64,000 nucleotides of DNA, from positions 23,936-87,935 of the forward strand of contig CBDFFZ010000018.1 in assembly GCA_965246905.1 (NCBI GenBank). Reading direction: 5' to 3'. This document shows, piece after piece, positions 1 through 9,819 of this stretch (its first letter is position 1; each line of letters opens with the position of its first letter). The notes under the pieces were generated by a model, which made no database searches, was not told the DNA's origin, and worked only from the letters and a program-made list of their open reading frames with translations. The stretch comes from Chitinophagaceae bacterium. Lineage in GTDB: Bacteria; Bacteroidota; Bacteroidia; Chitinophagales; Chitinophagaceae. The position numbers and the translations under genes are program-made.

Positions 1-18
1 AGCCCAAAAACGGGAGCT

Positions 19-387
19 ATGCTGGTGCTGTTGGCACTTCCTGCCCTCGGGCTTTTTTACCTTATCACCGCACTGCCTTTGTTCTTCCCGGATTTTCGGT
101 TCGGTGAGCATAAAGCATTTAAAATAGTTGTTGTAGTTCTTTCTGGTATAGGCCTGGCTTATTGCTTATGCTGTATGGTATATTATTTGCTCGGTATAAC
201 CACTGTTGCAGATATGCTGGAGAATTGCAGCCTGATACTTTCTCTGCTGTCAATCGTTGCTATTATAGCGTTTCGAAAAACGAAATGCTCCGTTTATAAA
301 CATATACTTTTTAGAGTGCTACCGCTTTTTGTAATAATTCTGCTGCTTGCTGCGCTGCACCGGCATGGCGGGTCTATTTCTTTTTAA
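19..387 (+). CDS. hypothetical integral membrane protein
   Basis: ATG-initiated 122-aa ORF with several long hydrophobic stretches (LVLLALPALGLFYLITALPLFF, VVVVLSGIGLAYCLCCMVYYLLG, LPLFVIILLLAAL). No family recognised. Confidence 0.4.
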   Translation: MLVLLALPALGLFYLITALPLFFPDFRFGEHKAFKIVVVVLSGIGLAYCLCCMVYYLLGITTVADMLENCSLILSLLSIVAIIAFRKTKCSVYKHILFRVLPLFVIILLLAALHRHGGSISF

Positions 388-1045
388 AAACCCGCTTAAA
401 TTTTTTCCAGCCAATGAGTAGCTCGGCTTTCTTTACTTCCAGCTTATCGGTTCCGGAAACGGTAAACAATCCTTCCAGGATATATACACTGTCGCTGCCG
501 TCTTTATACCAAAGCTCATATTGATGCGCAAGCAGCCATTCTGTGATCTGCGGTAGAAATGGGTTGGTGTAATACTTGCCGTGCGTTTCTATAGAGAGCA
601 CTTTTGGCCGGCTAATAAGGTGCTTAAGTACGTACCATTCGGCTCCCTCAATATCAATGCTCAACAGGTCAATCGTACCATCGTCAATGGCTGAAAAAGG
701 AAGGCAGGGCACTTCAAAAGTTGCACCCGTATTAATATCGTATTTATCGTTCTCTAAGGCTGGGCTGCTTGGCAAGCCGGTAGCAAAAGTCGAAGATTCC
801 GCTTTGGAAAACTGCAACGTGCCGGCTGTATCCCAAACTGCTACCGGATAAATATGCACATTCTTGCCTGCAAAAGCTGATTCGATTTTTAGTACTGTTT
901 CAGGGTCTGCTTCTACCAGTGTGGCCCTTACCCCATCCTTTATAAACTCAAGAATATTAGAAGTTTCCGGGACGTATACTCCTACCTCGCAAACGTGCCG
1001 GAAGGTTATGTTTTTCGTCTGCAGCTTTTGGTAGATTCTGTTCAT
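374..1045 (-). CDS. FkbM-family SAM-dependent methyltransferase
   Basis: 223-aa ORF. It has a VCEVGV glycine-rich SAM loop and the FkbM-type motif IDLLSIDIEGAEWYVL. Confidence 0.75.
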   Translation of the reverse strand: MNRIYQKLQTKNITFRHVCEVGVYVPETSNILEFIKDGVRATLVEADPETVLKIESAFAGKNVHIYPVAVWDTAGTLQFSKAESSTFATGLPSSPALENDKYDINTGATFEVPCLPFSAIDDGTIDLLSIDIEGAEWYVLKHLISRPKVLSIETHGKYYTNPFLPQITEWLLAHQYELWYKDGSDSVYILEGLFTVSGTDKLEVKKAELLIGWKKFKRVFKKK

Positions 1046-1121
1046 TCAGAAGAAGTAATGAGCATGCTAAGATAGTGTGGCCAGGTACATTATTCACGGC
1101 AGACGTCAGAATTAGCTTTGC

Positions 1122-2216
1122 TCAATCTTTCAAAAAGCCGTTGTAATGAGCTGCCTGGTAAGCAAATTGCCATTTCGGATTATGATAGCGCTGCCCTTCT
1201 TCTTTTTTTAGCGAGGATGCAATCGTTGCAAGCACTTCCTCCAGGTTATCCAGATTATAGAAAATGCCATTTTCCCGAAAATCTTCATAACGCTCATAAA
1301 ATTCGTGCATCAGCAAAGGCTTTCTATAGGCAAATGCAATATTAAACGTACCGCTGATCTGGTTTTCAAGGTATTTTTCCATGTCGGCATTTACCGGATG
1401 AATAAGCGGCATCAATATATTACACTGCTGCAAATAAGCATGAAACACATCATTTGGAACAAACCCATCATAAAAAAGGAAGTAATCATTAACCCCGTAA
1501 TCGTTTACTAATTGCCTGAGCTCTTTCCCGTTTCCGTAGGCGTGATTGCCATTGCCGAGAATAATAAATTTTACGTTTGGCTTCACTTTCACGGCAGCAA
1601 ACCGGGGCACAAGGCTGGCATAATCGCGGCGCTTATATTCAACCGTTCCGGGGATGCCGATCCAGATGGCATCCGCTGGTTTTAGCGCCACAGCAGCCGG
1701 CGGAAAGGCCGGATGGAAAATTGGGTAGTAAACGCTGAATTTTAGCCGTCCATGAGGTGTTTTCAGCGCCTTTTGAAGCATATAATCACTCAATAGGAAA
1801 TATTTGCCCAGCCGCCTGCTTATGATAGCTTGCCCAAAGCTATTTTGCAGCTTATTTACCCCATGTAGCGTACCATAAAAGCGTATGCGCTTCGGGAAGG
1901 GTAGCAGGCATAGATTGCGCACCGGCGTACTATGCGCAGTATTGAAAATGACTTTTGTTATTCCTCTTCGCACAATCTCATTGCGGATCTTCCAAAGCTC
2001 GGCAAGAAGCGCGAACCCTTTTTTACCGGTACATGCAACGAATACATTTTCCTGCCCCGCATTATAATCTGCTACTTCTTTCGCTATATTTTCGGAGCAG
2101 ATAAGGGTCGTATCATAGCCACCGGCTTTCAAAAACATAAGCTGTGAATACAGGTTCACATCGTGCGAATCATAGATTTCAAGCAGTGCTGCCTTTGGTG
2201 GATGCGCATTATTCAT
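1122..2216 (-). CDS. putative glycosyltransferase (polysaccharide biosynthesis, GT-B-like)
   Basis: Long ORF next to the FkbM gene, with a GT-B-like C-terminal half. The start is moved to the internal ATG (MNNAHPP...) because the ORF-track start overlaps the rpsT terminator hairpin. No diagnostic motif seen. Confidence 0.45.
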   Translation of the reverse strand: MNNAHPPKAALLEIYDSHDVNLYSQLMFLKAGGYDTTLICSENIAKEVADYNAGQENVFVACTGKKGFALLAELWKIRNEIVRRGITKVIFNTAHSTPVRNLCLLPFPKRIRFYGTLHGVNKLQNSFGQAIISRRLGKYFLLSDYMLQKALKTPHGRLKFSVYYPIFHPAFPPAAVALKPADAIWIGIPGTVEYKRRDYASLVPRFAAVKVKPNVKFIILGNGNHAYGNGKELRQLVNDYGVNDYFLFYDGFVPNDVFHAYLQQCNILMPLIHPVNADMEKYLENQISGTFNIAFAYRKPLLMHEFYERYEDFRENGIFYNLDNLEEVLATIASSLKKEEGQRYHNPKWQFAYQAAHYNGFLKD

Positions 2217-2236
2217 CAGCGGCTGAAATATTAAAA

Positions 2237-2263
2237 TTAAAAAACCCGGCACGAAGCCGGGCT
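2237..2263 (-). terminator. rho-independent terminator downstream of rpsT
   Basis: Read on the minus strand: stem CCCGGC / GCCGGG with a 5-nt loop, followed by a T-run. Confidence 0.6.
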
Positions 2264-2288
2264 ATAAATTTATATAGGAAAAGTACAA

Positions 2289-2549
2289 TTAAGCAGCGGT
2301 GAGCGCATTCATACGCTTTGCAATGCCAGATTTCAGGTTGCCCGCCTTATTTTTATGAATCACATTGCGCTTGGCAAGCTTATCGATCATAGAAATAACT
2401 TTTGGAAGCTCGGCAGCAGCAATATCCTTCTCAGTCAAAGCCAACAGCCTGCGCATAGCATTACGTGTGGTTTTGCCATAATAGCGGTTGCTGTCGCGGC
2501 GCTTTTCACTTTGGCGGATATCCTTCTTGGTAGCTTTATGATTAGCCAT
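2289..2549 (-). CDS. rpsT: 30S ribosomal protein S20
   Basis: 86-aa basic protein. [22 protein letters not shown]... is a typical S20 N-terminus. Confidence 0.9.
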   Translation of the reverse strand: MANHKATKKDIRQSEKRRDSNRYYGKTTRNAMRRLLALTEKDIAAAELPKVISMIDKLAKRNVIHKNKAGNLKSGIAKRMNALTAA

Positions 2550-2620
2550 TATTTTATTTACGTTAGGGCTGCAAATGTACGTGTTTTACGTTAACAGCCA
2601 AATTAATTCTTCTATTTCTA

Positions 2621-3727
2621 CTATAAAATATTGCTTTCCTGTGCAAACAGCGCAGCGGAGCGACGCATGATAAGTGATTTCTTTTCGATAAAGCCTTCAA
2701 GTTTGTCCTTAGGAATACGAAGGGAATAAAAATCTTCCGTAGCAACGCCGTAAATATAAAGATCAATGTCGGAATTCCAGGTGCGGAGTAGCTTTTTATC
2801 GATGCTAAGCTCATCACCGAGGAGATCAAGATTTACCGGCTCATTCAGGCGCACGATAGCCATTGTTCTAAGCTCATCATCCGTAAATCTTGGCTTGGCA
2901 GGAATGGCCGCCGCTGTTGCCACTACATCCTCATTACTGAATTTAAAATCCGCCGGTATAGCGCCTGTACCTATGAATTTCTTCATGCTTTCAAAGATAG
3001 AAGCAGTAGCAATAAAGGCAAGCACATGGCCCTGTGTTTCCCGGGGAAGGAACTTTTTGATATCCCAGAAACTATGGCTACCCGTACGGGTGATCGCGCG
3101 CTGTACAGGCACCGGGCCACTATTATACGCGGCTACTACAAGCAGCCAATCGTTAAACTGACCATACAGTGTATTAAGGTACTTTGCAGCGGCATTGGTA
3201 GATTTAAACCAGTCAGTACGATCATCACGTTTTCCGCTTACTTTAAGGCCCAGCATTTGCGCTGTTGTTTCCATAAGCTGCCACGGCCCTACCGCCCCAA
3301 CCGGTGAAAGTGCTTTATTATTAAGTGCAGATTCGATCACTGCAAGATACTTGAGCTCTTTGGGAATATTATGCTTCGTGAGCACATTATCGATCATTGA
3401 AAACTTTGTATTGCTGCGCCCTTTTACTACGTTCAGGGTTTTATCATGCGCACCAAAATACTGGCGCACAAAACCGTTCACGTAATCGGTCATCTTGCCG
3501 TAATAGGCTTTATGGCCGGCAAGCGGAACGCCTTTAAAAGGAGCAACGGCAGGGGCAAGATTTAGCGCCAGCAATTTTTTCCCTTCCGGACCCAAGTTTT
3601 TGACAATTGTATCCGTCTTTATAACGTGGGCAGGACCCTTTAGTACTATGTATTTAACTCCCTGCGCAAAGGTGCCAAAGCTAAGCGCAAGCAGACTTAA
3701 AGGCAATAAAATGACCTTATATTGCAT
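2621..3727 (-). CDS. secreted lytic transglycosylase (SLT domain, MltD-like)
   Basis: Signal peptide. SLT catalytic region AVIESALNNKALSPVGAVGPWQLM ... AAYNSGP. Confidence 0.8.
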   Translation of the reverse strand: MQYKVILLPLSLLALSFGTFAQGVKYIVLKGPAHVIKTDTIVKNLGPEGKKLLALNLAPAVAPFKGVPLAGHKAYYGKMTDYVNGFVRQYFGAHDKTLNVVKGRSNTKFSMIDNVLTKHNIPKELKYLAVIESALNNKALSPVGAVGPWQLMETTAQMLGLKVSGKRDDRTDWFKSTNAAAKYLNTLYGQFNDWLLVVAAYNSGPVPVQRAITRTGSHSFWDIKKFLPRETQGHVLAFIATASIFESMKKFIGTGAIPADFKFSNEDVVATAAAIPAKPRFTDDELRTMAIVRLNEPVNLDLLGDELSIDKKLLRTWNSDIDLYIYGVATEDFYSLRIPKDKLEGFIEKKSLIMRRSAALFAQESNIL

Positions 3728-3835
3728 GTTTTATCGTTTTTTTGAAGCGGTGAAAGCATGCAACCCAAATAACTCATGGGAAGCGTTGTTTAATAAAACA
3801 GAAAAGCCTAAGCCTCCTGATACTAATAAGGGCTA

Positions 3836-4066
3836 TTAAACAGTAGGAGTGGTATTTGGCGTATTGTTGGTGGGAGTTGTTGTAGTGGTAGTTGTTGTAG
3901 TTTTGCGGGTCATTTCCCCTTCAATTTCGGCTTTTACGCCTTCTTTGGCATCATTAAAATCACGAATGCCTTTACCAATACCTTTTGCAAGCTCAGGAAT
4001 TTTTTTCCCGCCAAAGAGAATAATAACGCCGAGAATTATCCAGAGCCATTCTCCGCCACCCGGCAT
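3836..4066 (-). CDS. tatA: twin-arginine translocase subunit TatA/E
   Basis: MPGGGEWLWIILGVIILFGGKKIPELAKGIGKGIRDFNDAK matches the TatA TM helix plus amphipathic helix. Start set at the internal ATG (4066). The C-terminal tail is Thr-rich. Confidence 0.85.
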   Translation of the reverse strand: MPGGGEWLWIILGVIILFGGKKIPELAKGIGKGIRDFNDAKEGVKAEIEGEMTRKTTTTTTTTTPTNNTPNTTPTV

Positions 4067-4243
4067 AGAGATCAATAATTGCGGCAATATTTTTATTACA
4101 GTCATGGTCTTTATTTAAAGCTTGATAAAAGCAAATATAGGCGTTTGCCTCCAAATGCAATAATGCTACAGATACGTTTAACAGATGCTTTGTAAAGCTA
4201 ATGTCTGAATTCGAAGTGGAGCCTAAACTGATACACGGCCTGT

Positions 4244-5320
4244 TCAATGCACTTTCAGGCCAGCGGTGTAGCCGCGCCATTTCTCAATTACGGCGGCCAT
4301 ATCTGCTGGCAATTCACTGTTAAAAAGCATACGCTCGCCCGTTGCAGGATGTATGATCCCAAGCTCTTTCGCATGAAGTGCATGGCGGGGCATCAGCTCA
4401 AATGCATTATCCACAAATTGCCGGTATTTGCTGAATACGGTTCCTTTTACAATACGGTCGCCACCGTATGTGGCATCATTAAACAGCGGATGCCCGATGT
4501 ACTGCATGTGTACGCGTATCTGGTGCGTACGGCCGGTTTCGAGCTGAAGCTGCACAAGCGTTACATAACCGAAACGCTCTAAAACCTTATAGTGCGTAAT
4601 AGCCTCTTTTCCATGCTCTCCTTCCGGGTAAGCCGTCATCAATTTACGGTAGCGCTGATGGCGGCCTACATGAGCGATGATTGTTGCTTCCTCTTCCGGT
4701 AGATCGCCCCAAACGAGCGCTATGTAGCGGCGATGAACGGTATGTTTTTTAAACTGTGCGGAAAGATGGGCAACGGCCAGCTCACTTTTACCTATTACCA
4801 ACAGTCCGCTCGTATCCTTATCTATGCGGTGCACGAGGCCTATACGCGGCAGGCCTTCTGTATCAATATCCTTTAAATAAAAAGCAAGCCCATTCACCAG
4901 GGTGCCGGAATAGTTGCCGCTGCCGGGGTGTACCACCATACCGTCCGGCTTATTGACGATCATCAGGTCGTCATCTTCATAGACAATCTTCAGCGGCATT
5001 TCCTCCGGTACTATGTCCAGATTCTCTACAGCCCTTGTCTCGTAGATAACCAACTCATCGCCGGGGCGCACTTTATAATTTGCCTTTACGGTGCTGTCGT
5101 TTACGGTTACAAACCCATCATCCAGCGCCTGCTGTATTTTATTTCGCGTAGCGCCTTCGAGGCGGATCATAATAAACTTATCGATGCGCAAAGGCTCCTG
5201 GCGCTTATCGATGGTAATGCGCATTCGCTCAATGCGTACAGGCGCGCCATCGGCTCCGTCATCACCGGGTTCCTCGTCTTCTATTTCTTCTTCGTTGATC
5301 TCTTTATCGGAATCCATCAT
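4244..5320 (-). CDS. rluD: RluA-family 23S rRNA pseudouridine synthase (RluD-like)
   Basis: S4-like N-terminal region, catalytic motif HRIDKDTSGLLV, and a C-terminal ...RTHQIRVH... motif. Confidence 0.85.
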   Translation of the reverse strand: MMDSDKEINEEEIEDEEPGDDGADGAPVRIERMRITIDKRQEPLRIDKFIMIRLEGATRNKIQQALDDGFVTVNDSTVKANYKVRPGDELVIYETRAVENLDIVPEEMPLKIVYEDDDLMIVNKPDGMVVHPGSGNYSGTLVNGLAFYLKDIDTEGLPRIGLVHRIDKDTSGLLVIGKSELAVAHLSAQFKKHTVHRRYIALVWGDLPEEEATIIAHVGRHQRYRKLMTAYPEGEHGKEAITHYKVLERFGYVTLVQLQLETGRTHQIRVHMQYIGHPLFNDATYGGDRIVKGTVFSKYRQFVDNAFELMPRHALHAKELGIIHPATGERMLFNSELPADMAAVIEKWRGYTAGLKVH

Positions 5321-5393
5321 TTACAAAATAGCCTGCAAAAATAAAGTATTGCCACTCTTTAAAAGGATTGGCCGCTTCGCGAAATGTCTGAGC

Positions 5394-6335
5394 TTAATTT
5401 TTCCTGCCGTCAAGCCAGCTTTTTATTGCCGCAGGGTCGAGCTCAATATAATAGGTCTTGCGCTCGATAACGCTGTTATTGATCCAATATATTGCCGGTA
5501 CAAATTCACCTGCCATTGCTTCGAATGGCGGTATTTCCCGGATAATGGAATGCGGCACCTTTATCGATTTTGTTTCGCCGAAAAATGCTGCATCGCGCTC
5601 TTTGCGGCCATTGAGTACAATATAGAAAGGATAGTCCGGGTATTTCCGATGCAGGAGCTGTATCAGATAGGCCGCTTTGCGGCAATGCGGGCAGGTAAGG
5701 CTCAGGAATGCTACAATGTGCTTTCCATTTTTAAGATCTACGGTAGGTTTGGGCACTCCGTAATCGTTGATAGCATTCAGCGAAATAGGCTGTCGCGCAG
5801 CCTCACCGGTACCGAACAGGTACACTGGCGCCAGCGCATAAGGCAAGCCTAAAGCTGCAATAGTGGCCCCGATCGTTATCCAGCGCTGCGCCCGATAGGG
5901 CTTTCCAGGATAGATAGCCCAGGTAATTGCAAGCCCGGCCATCATAAAAACATTTTTGATGATCGCGGCCAGCGGTGTCATCTGGTAAGTGTCGCCGAAG
6001 CAACCGCAGTTGCCGCTATTGCCTTGTTTTGCTATTAATAAGAGCAGGTAGCCGGTTAAGAGTACAAGAAGTGCAAATGCTGCTTTATAGGTATATGACT
6101 TCAGGTAAAGATGGGCCAGTAGGAAAAGTGCAATCCCGATTTCCAGCCCAATGAAGAGGCGTGCAATGATCGCCGCGCCTGTGAAACTGACGGGCAAAAT
6201 TTCAAGGAATGTCCATTCAAATGGCTCCATGGCCATAAGCTTGGTGCCGGCGGAAAACAAAAATACTGCTGAGAGGGTCAGCAGTATCAGTATTCCTATA
6301 GTTTGCTTTAAGTAATAATTAAAATCCTTCCGCAC
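5394..6335 (-). CDS. MauE/DoxX-type membrane domain fused to a thioredoxin-fold domain
   Basis: The N-terminal half is multi-TM with a GNCGCFG motif. The C-terminal half has a thioredoxin-like CPHC active site (FLSLTCPHCRKA). Confidence 0.65.
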   Translation of the reverse strand: MRKDFNYYLKQTIGILILLTLSAVFLFSAGTKLMAMEPFEWTFLEILPVSFTGAAIIARLFIGLEIGIALFLLAHLYLKSYTYKAAFALLVLLTGYLLLLIAKQGNSGNCGCFGDTYQMTPLAAIIKNVFMMAGLAITWAIYPGKPYRAQRWITIGATIAALGLPYALAPVYLFGTGEAARQPISLNAINDYGVPKPTVDLKNGKHIVAFLSLTCPHCRKAAYLIQLLHRKYPDYPFYIVLNGRKERDAAFFGETKSIKVPHSIIREIPPFEAMAGEFVPAIYWINNSVIERKTYYIELDPAAIKSWLDGRKN

Positions 6336-6346
6336 GGGCTAAGCTA

Positions 6347-6592
6347 TTAAAAAAGCTTGCAATCTTCCTTTGTATGGATGCCGTTATTGTCTGAAGTGGT
6401 GGAATTCTGCTCGCAGATGCTTTTGGCTTTTTTCTTTGTGTCCGTAACTTGGTATTTTTTAATCACCGTATCCGGCAGGCCCGGCGTGCCGGTGTACACA
6501 ATCTGGCACTGGCAGGTATAATCCCGAACGCAAGAAGAAAAGAACAGGGTAGCACCGGCGACAGCCAGCAAAAGTGTAGTGCGTAATTGCAT
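6347..6592 (-). CDS. small Cys-rich lipoprotein, function unknown
   Basis: 81 aa. Signal peptide with lipobox (FFSSC), then four further Cys (CQC ... SIC ... DC). Confidence 0.5.
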   Translation of the reverse strand: MQLRTTLLLAVAGATLFFSSCVRDYTCQCQIVYTGTPGLPDTVIKKYQVTDTKKKAKSICEQNSTTSDNNGIHTKEDCKLF

Positions 6593-6709
6593 GCAGTTGG
6601 AGAATTTCAGCGCTTAAAGATAAAAGGATTTTTTTTTGCTCCAAGGATATCGGAGCATTTTACCGCTTATAGTACTTAATTCCAGATTCCCGATTTTCAA
6701 TTCCTTTAT

Positions 6710-7708
6710 TTAACGAGGTATTTCTATCCGGGCAATCAGCTCTTTGAGTACTTCATCCGTACTGAGGCCTTCCATTTCTTTTTCCGGCGTAAGAGAAATA
6801 CGGTGGCGCAGTACGGGCGCTAAGCCTTCAATAATATCTTCCGGGATTACGAACGAGCGGCCACGCAGTACGCCAATCGCCTTAGCTACCTGCAACAGTG
6901 CGATTGAAGCCCGTGGCGATGCACCAAGATAAAGTGAGCGGTCATTACGCGTTTCCCATACAATGCGGGCAATGAATTGCAGCAGCTTCGGCTCTACATG
7001 TATCTGCCTTACCTGCGCGCGCGCCGCAGCCAGTGTCTCAGCAGTGATCACCGGCCGTATCTCATTCAGTAATACAGATAATGGCTGCCCGTTATGCCGC
7101 TCCAATATTTTTACCTCTTCCTCCAGCGATGGATAGCCCACCACTACTTTCATAAGAAATCGGTCGAGCTGCGCCTCCGGCAGCCGGTACGTGCCTTCAT
7201 GCTCAATCGGGTTTTGGGTGGCTATCACAATGAATGGTGGTTTCATCGGGTGCGTAATGCCGTCCACAGTTATTTGCCGCTCTTCCATTACCTCGAACAG
7301 CGCAGCCTGGGTTTTCGCCGGTGCCCGGTTGATCTCATCGATCAGCACAATATTGCTGAACAAGGGCCCTGCGCGAAACTGGAAAGAAGCCGATTGCGGA
7401 TTGAAGATATTTGTACCGATCACATCGCTCGGCATCAGATCCGGGGTAAACTGTATGCGTGAAAAATCTACGGCTATGAGCTTTGCCAGCAACTTTGCGG
7501 TAAGCGTTTTGGCCACGCCGGGCACTCCCTCCAACAGGATATGACCATCGGCTAAGAGACCGGCCAGCAGCAGCTCTACCATGCCATGCTGCCCGATGAT
7601 GATCCTGCCTATCTGATCCTGTAAAGCATCCGTAAGCTGCAAGAGCGGGCTGGCGCTGCTTGTATTATTGGCTGGTATTTCTGTAGGTAAAGTTTGCTGA
7701 GATTCCAT
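6710..7708 (-). CDS. MoxR-family AAA+ ATPase
   Basis: Walker A GVPGVAKT, Walker B LIDEINRA, and a size of 332 aa typical of MoxR. Confidence 0.9.
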   Translation of the reverse strand: MESQQTLPTEIPANNTSSASPLLQLTDALQDQIGRIIIGQHGMVELLLAGLLADGHILLEGVPGVAKTLTAKLLAKLIAVDFSRIQFTPDLMPSDVIGTNIFNPQSASFQFRAGPLFSNIVLIDEINRAPAKTQAALFEVMEERQITVDGITHPMKPPFIVIATQNPIEHEGTYRLPEAQLDRFLMKVVVGYPSLEEEVKILERHNGQPLSVLLNEIRPVITAETLAAARAQVRQIHVEPKLLQFIARIVWETRNDRSLYLGASPRASIALLQVAKAIGVLRGRSFVIPEDIIEGLAPVLRHRISLTPEKEMEGLSTDEVLKELIARIEIPR

Positions 7709-7714
7709 AATTAA

Positions 7715-9016
7715 TTAACTGCGTTGATGATTGTAAAATGATTGGATGCTACGGTGAAGCTCATGCAGATACTCAGGAGTAACGGCTGTGCCCAGGCGAA
7801 CATCATGGATCTTAGTAACAAGGGATTTTACCTCCTCGCCGCTCCGGCCCGATTTTGAGACCAGCTGCAGGATGAACGTATCGCCCAGCTGCGTAGTGTC
7901 TAAGAAATAATAAGTGCGCACCCATTCCAGAAAATGCTGGATCATTTTCTCTGCAAGATTCGCATGGTTGCCCTTATTGAAATAGAGCCTGCCAATGGCT
8001 TCCACAAAAGAGACGGAAGCATTCTCCAAAGGCTGTACAACCGGGATGATCCGCTGTCTGCGCTTGAGGCCGAGCAGCACATAGACAAGCAGGGTAACAA
8101 TTGCAATGATAAGCGCCCAGCGGGTTGCCGGGTAGCGCCAAAGCACATTCATGCTCGAGCCTTCGGTACTCCGCTTATAGTATTCATTCCAGTAAATATG
8201 ACTGATGTTATCCGGGAAGGAATGCCAAATGCCGTTGAGGTAAGTGCGGTTGCTATCCTGCAACAGGAAATAATTGGAGAATGCCAGTGGTGCAGCATGA
8301 AGTGTAATATGGCCGCTGCCAATAGTATAGCGGATAAAATCCGGTGCGCCTTTTGTATAGATGCCCAGCACTTCCGGCTCGCCGATCTTGTTCCCTTCTT
8401 CTTCGGCCGCAGGGTCGCTGGTGGTAGTCAGATCCTTTAGCGTAGCATCTGCCGGGGCAATGGCGGCTGTATCAGTTGCGCCCTTTACCGCGAGCGTAAA
8501 AGTGCTGCTAAGCGATCTACCGTTAAAGCCGTATCGTACGGTTGTATCCGGCAGCAGCACAAGAACATTTTTATTGAGTGCGCCGTTATTGAACTGGCTG
8601 AGCGGAATTTCCTCTCCGCCTGCTTCTTTGCTGCAATGGAGCTCCGTTTCTATTTTATTATCCAGCTTGCTGCAGATGATGAACACTTCATTGCCCGAGC
8701 GTGCAAAAAGCTTTATCCTTGTCCATTCTTCTTCAGAAACATAATAGTTTAGCCCGGCCATTACTAACAGCGCCGTGCTGTCATCCTTGTGCCGTTGCAT
8801 GCTGTTGTCGATGCTTGTGTAGCGGAAACGCCTGGAAATTAGCTCCCTGCTTGCCTGCGGAAAATACTTTGGCAATGTCTGCCAGGCAAGCCATAACCCG
8901 TAAGGCGCTTTCTTTTCATGATCCAGCGTTACGGCCCAGGATGTTTTAGGTGCGGCATTGCGGCAACCTTCAATGAGCGGTAGCAGGAGCAGGCTTATAA
9001 ACAGGATCTTTTTCAC
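7715..9016 (-). CDS. DUF4350-like protein (MoxR-operon component)
   Basis: Lipoprotein-like signal peptide (LIEGC), a single late TM helix and a conserved C-terminal region. It holds the position seen in the RDD/SpoIIM/DUF4129/DUF4350/MoxR neighbourhood. Family called from memory of that neighbourhood. Confidence 0.6.
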   Translation of the reverse strand: MKKILFISLLLLPLIEGCRNAAPKTSWAVTLDHEKKAPYGLWLAWQTLPKYFPQASRELISRRFRYTSIDNSMQRHKDDSTALLVMAGLNYYVSEEEWTRIKLFARSGNEVFIICSKLDNKIETELHCSKEAGGEEIPLSQFNNGALNKNVLVLLPDTTVRYGFNGRSLSSTFTLAVKGATDTAAIAPADATLKDLTTTSDPAAEEEGNKIGEPEVLGIYTKGAPDFIRYTIGSGHITLHAAPLAFSNYFLLQDSNRTYLNGIWHSFPDNISHIYWNEYYKRSTEGSSMNVLWRYPATRWALIIAIVTLLVYVLLGLKRRQRIIPVVQPLENASVSFVEAIGRLYFNKGNHANLAEKMIQHFLEWVRTYYFLDTTQLGDTFILQLVSKSGRSGEEVKSLVTKIHDVRLGTAVTPEYLHELHRSIQSFYNHQRS

Positions 9017-9819
9017 GATGCGCCGATCTCTTTTTTTACCCCGTTAAAGATCTGGAGATACGCTGCAAAGGCATCTGCCGAAGGCAAAAAATTGCCGTAC
9101 CAGGCATACTCGTATTCGCGTGAAAGCTGGCGGAACTGCTGCCGCACCGGACTTTCTGAGAGCTCGCGGTAATAATCCGTATTTGTTTTATCCTGCCGGT
9201 ACTGTATCTGGTTCCGCGCCTGTAGCAGCTGCAGGAGGAGCATGTAGCTGTATCGTATGGCCAGTCTTGTTTCACCGGCAGCAATTGCAGCTCGCAGGCG
9301 TTCTTCCCAATTGTTGCGCAGTAGGTCTTCTTCCGAGATTGTACCATCTGTAGAAATAGTGTCAACCATTTTTTTATTGCGGCGGGCAAAGATTCTGCCA
9401 TCGCCGGAGGCCAGGCGGTACACAATATAAAACAGCAGCAGGCCAAGCAGACTCCACAGTATTATATGCCCGGCCAGGGAGGTAAAGAACTGAAAAACCG
9501 CCAGGAGAAACCGAAGCAGCAAAGGCATTTCCTGTTTTACAGGCTGTTTTGCGGCGGCAGTGAACTCCCGCTCATTTTTATAGCCGAATTCTTTCTCGGA
9601 TGTTACCTGTCGCCATTCCGCAGGAGTGGCAGCGGCCTTATTATAGCTTACGGTACGTGTAGCCTGGTCGCCGGGATTATCTTCTGTATAGGGGCCGGCT
9701 GTTTCCGTTTGTGCGGTGCTGTCCACATAGGTGGTATCGCTTTCCTGTGCCGTAGCTGCTATGCAACAGCAAAGCAGCATCCCCAATAAAAATAGCTGCT
9801 TAACGGGCCGGCGCATCAT
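9013..9819 (-). CDS. DUF4129-like protein (MoxR-operon component)
   Basis: Signal peptide, central TM pair, and a C-terminal region ...DYYRELS...EYEYAWYGNF typical of DUF4129. Start and stop overlap the neighbouring genes, suggesting translational coupling. Confidence 0.6.
   Translation of the reverse strand: MMRRPVKQLFLLGMLLCCCIAATAQESDTTYVDSTAQTETAGPYTEDNPGDQATRTVSYNKAAATPAEWRQVTSEKEFGYKNEREFTAAAKQPVKQEMPLLLRFLLAVFQFFTSLAGHIILWSLLGLLLFYIVYRLASGDGRIFARRNKKMVDTISTDGTISEEDLLRNNWEERLRAAIAAGETRLAIRYSYMLLLQLLQARNQIQYRQDKTNTDYYRELSESPVRQQFRQLSREYEYAWYGNFLPSADAFAAYLQIFNGVKKEIGAS

Noticed and set aside
3836-3900. Poly-Thr / Thr-Pro-Asn tail of TatA and the mirrored poly-Val ORF on the plus strand.
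   Set aside because: A low-complexity C-terminal tail on an otherwise canonical TatA. The plus-strand ORF is its antisense artefact.
5091-5852. 253-aa plus-strand ORF spanning the rluD start and the thioredoxin-fusion gene.
   Set aside because: It overlaps two well-supported minus-strand genes and has a Ser/Arg-rich low-complexity sequence.
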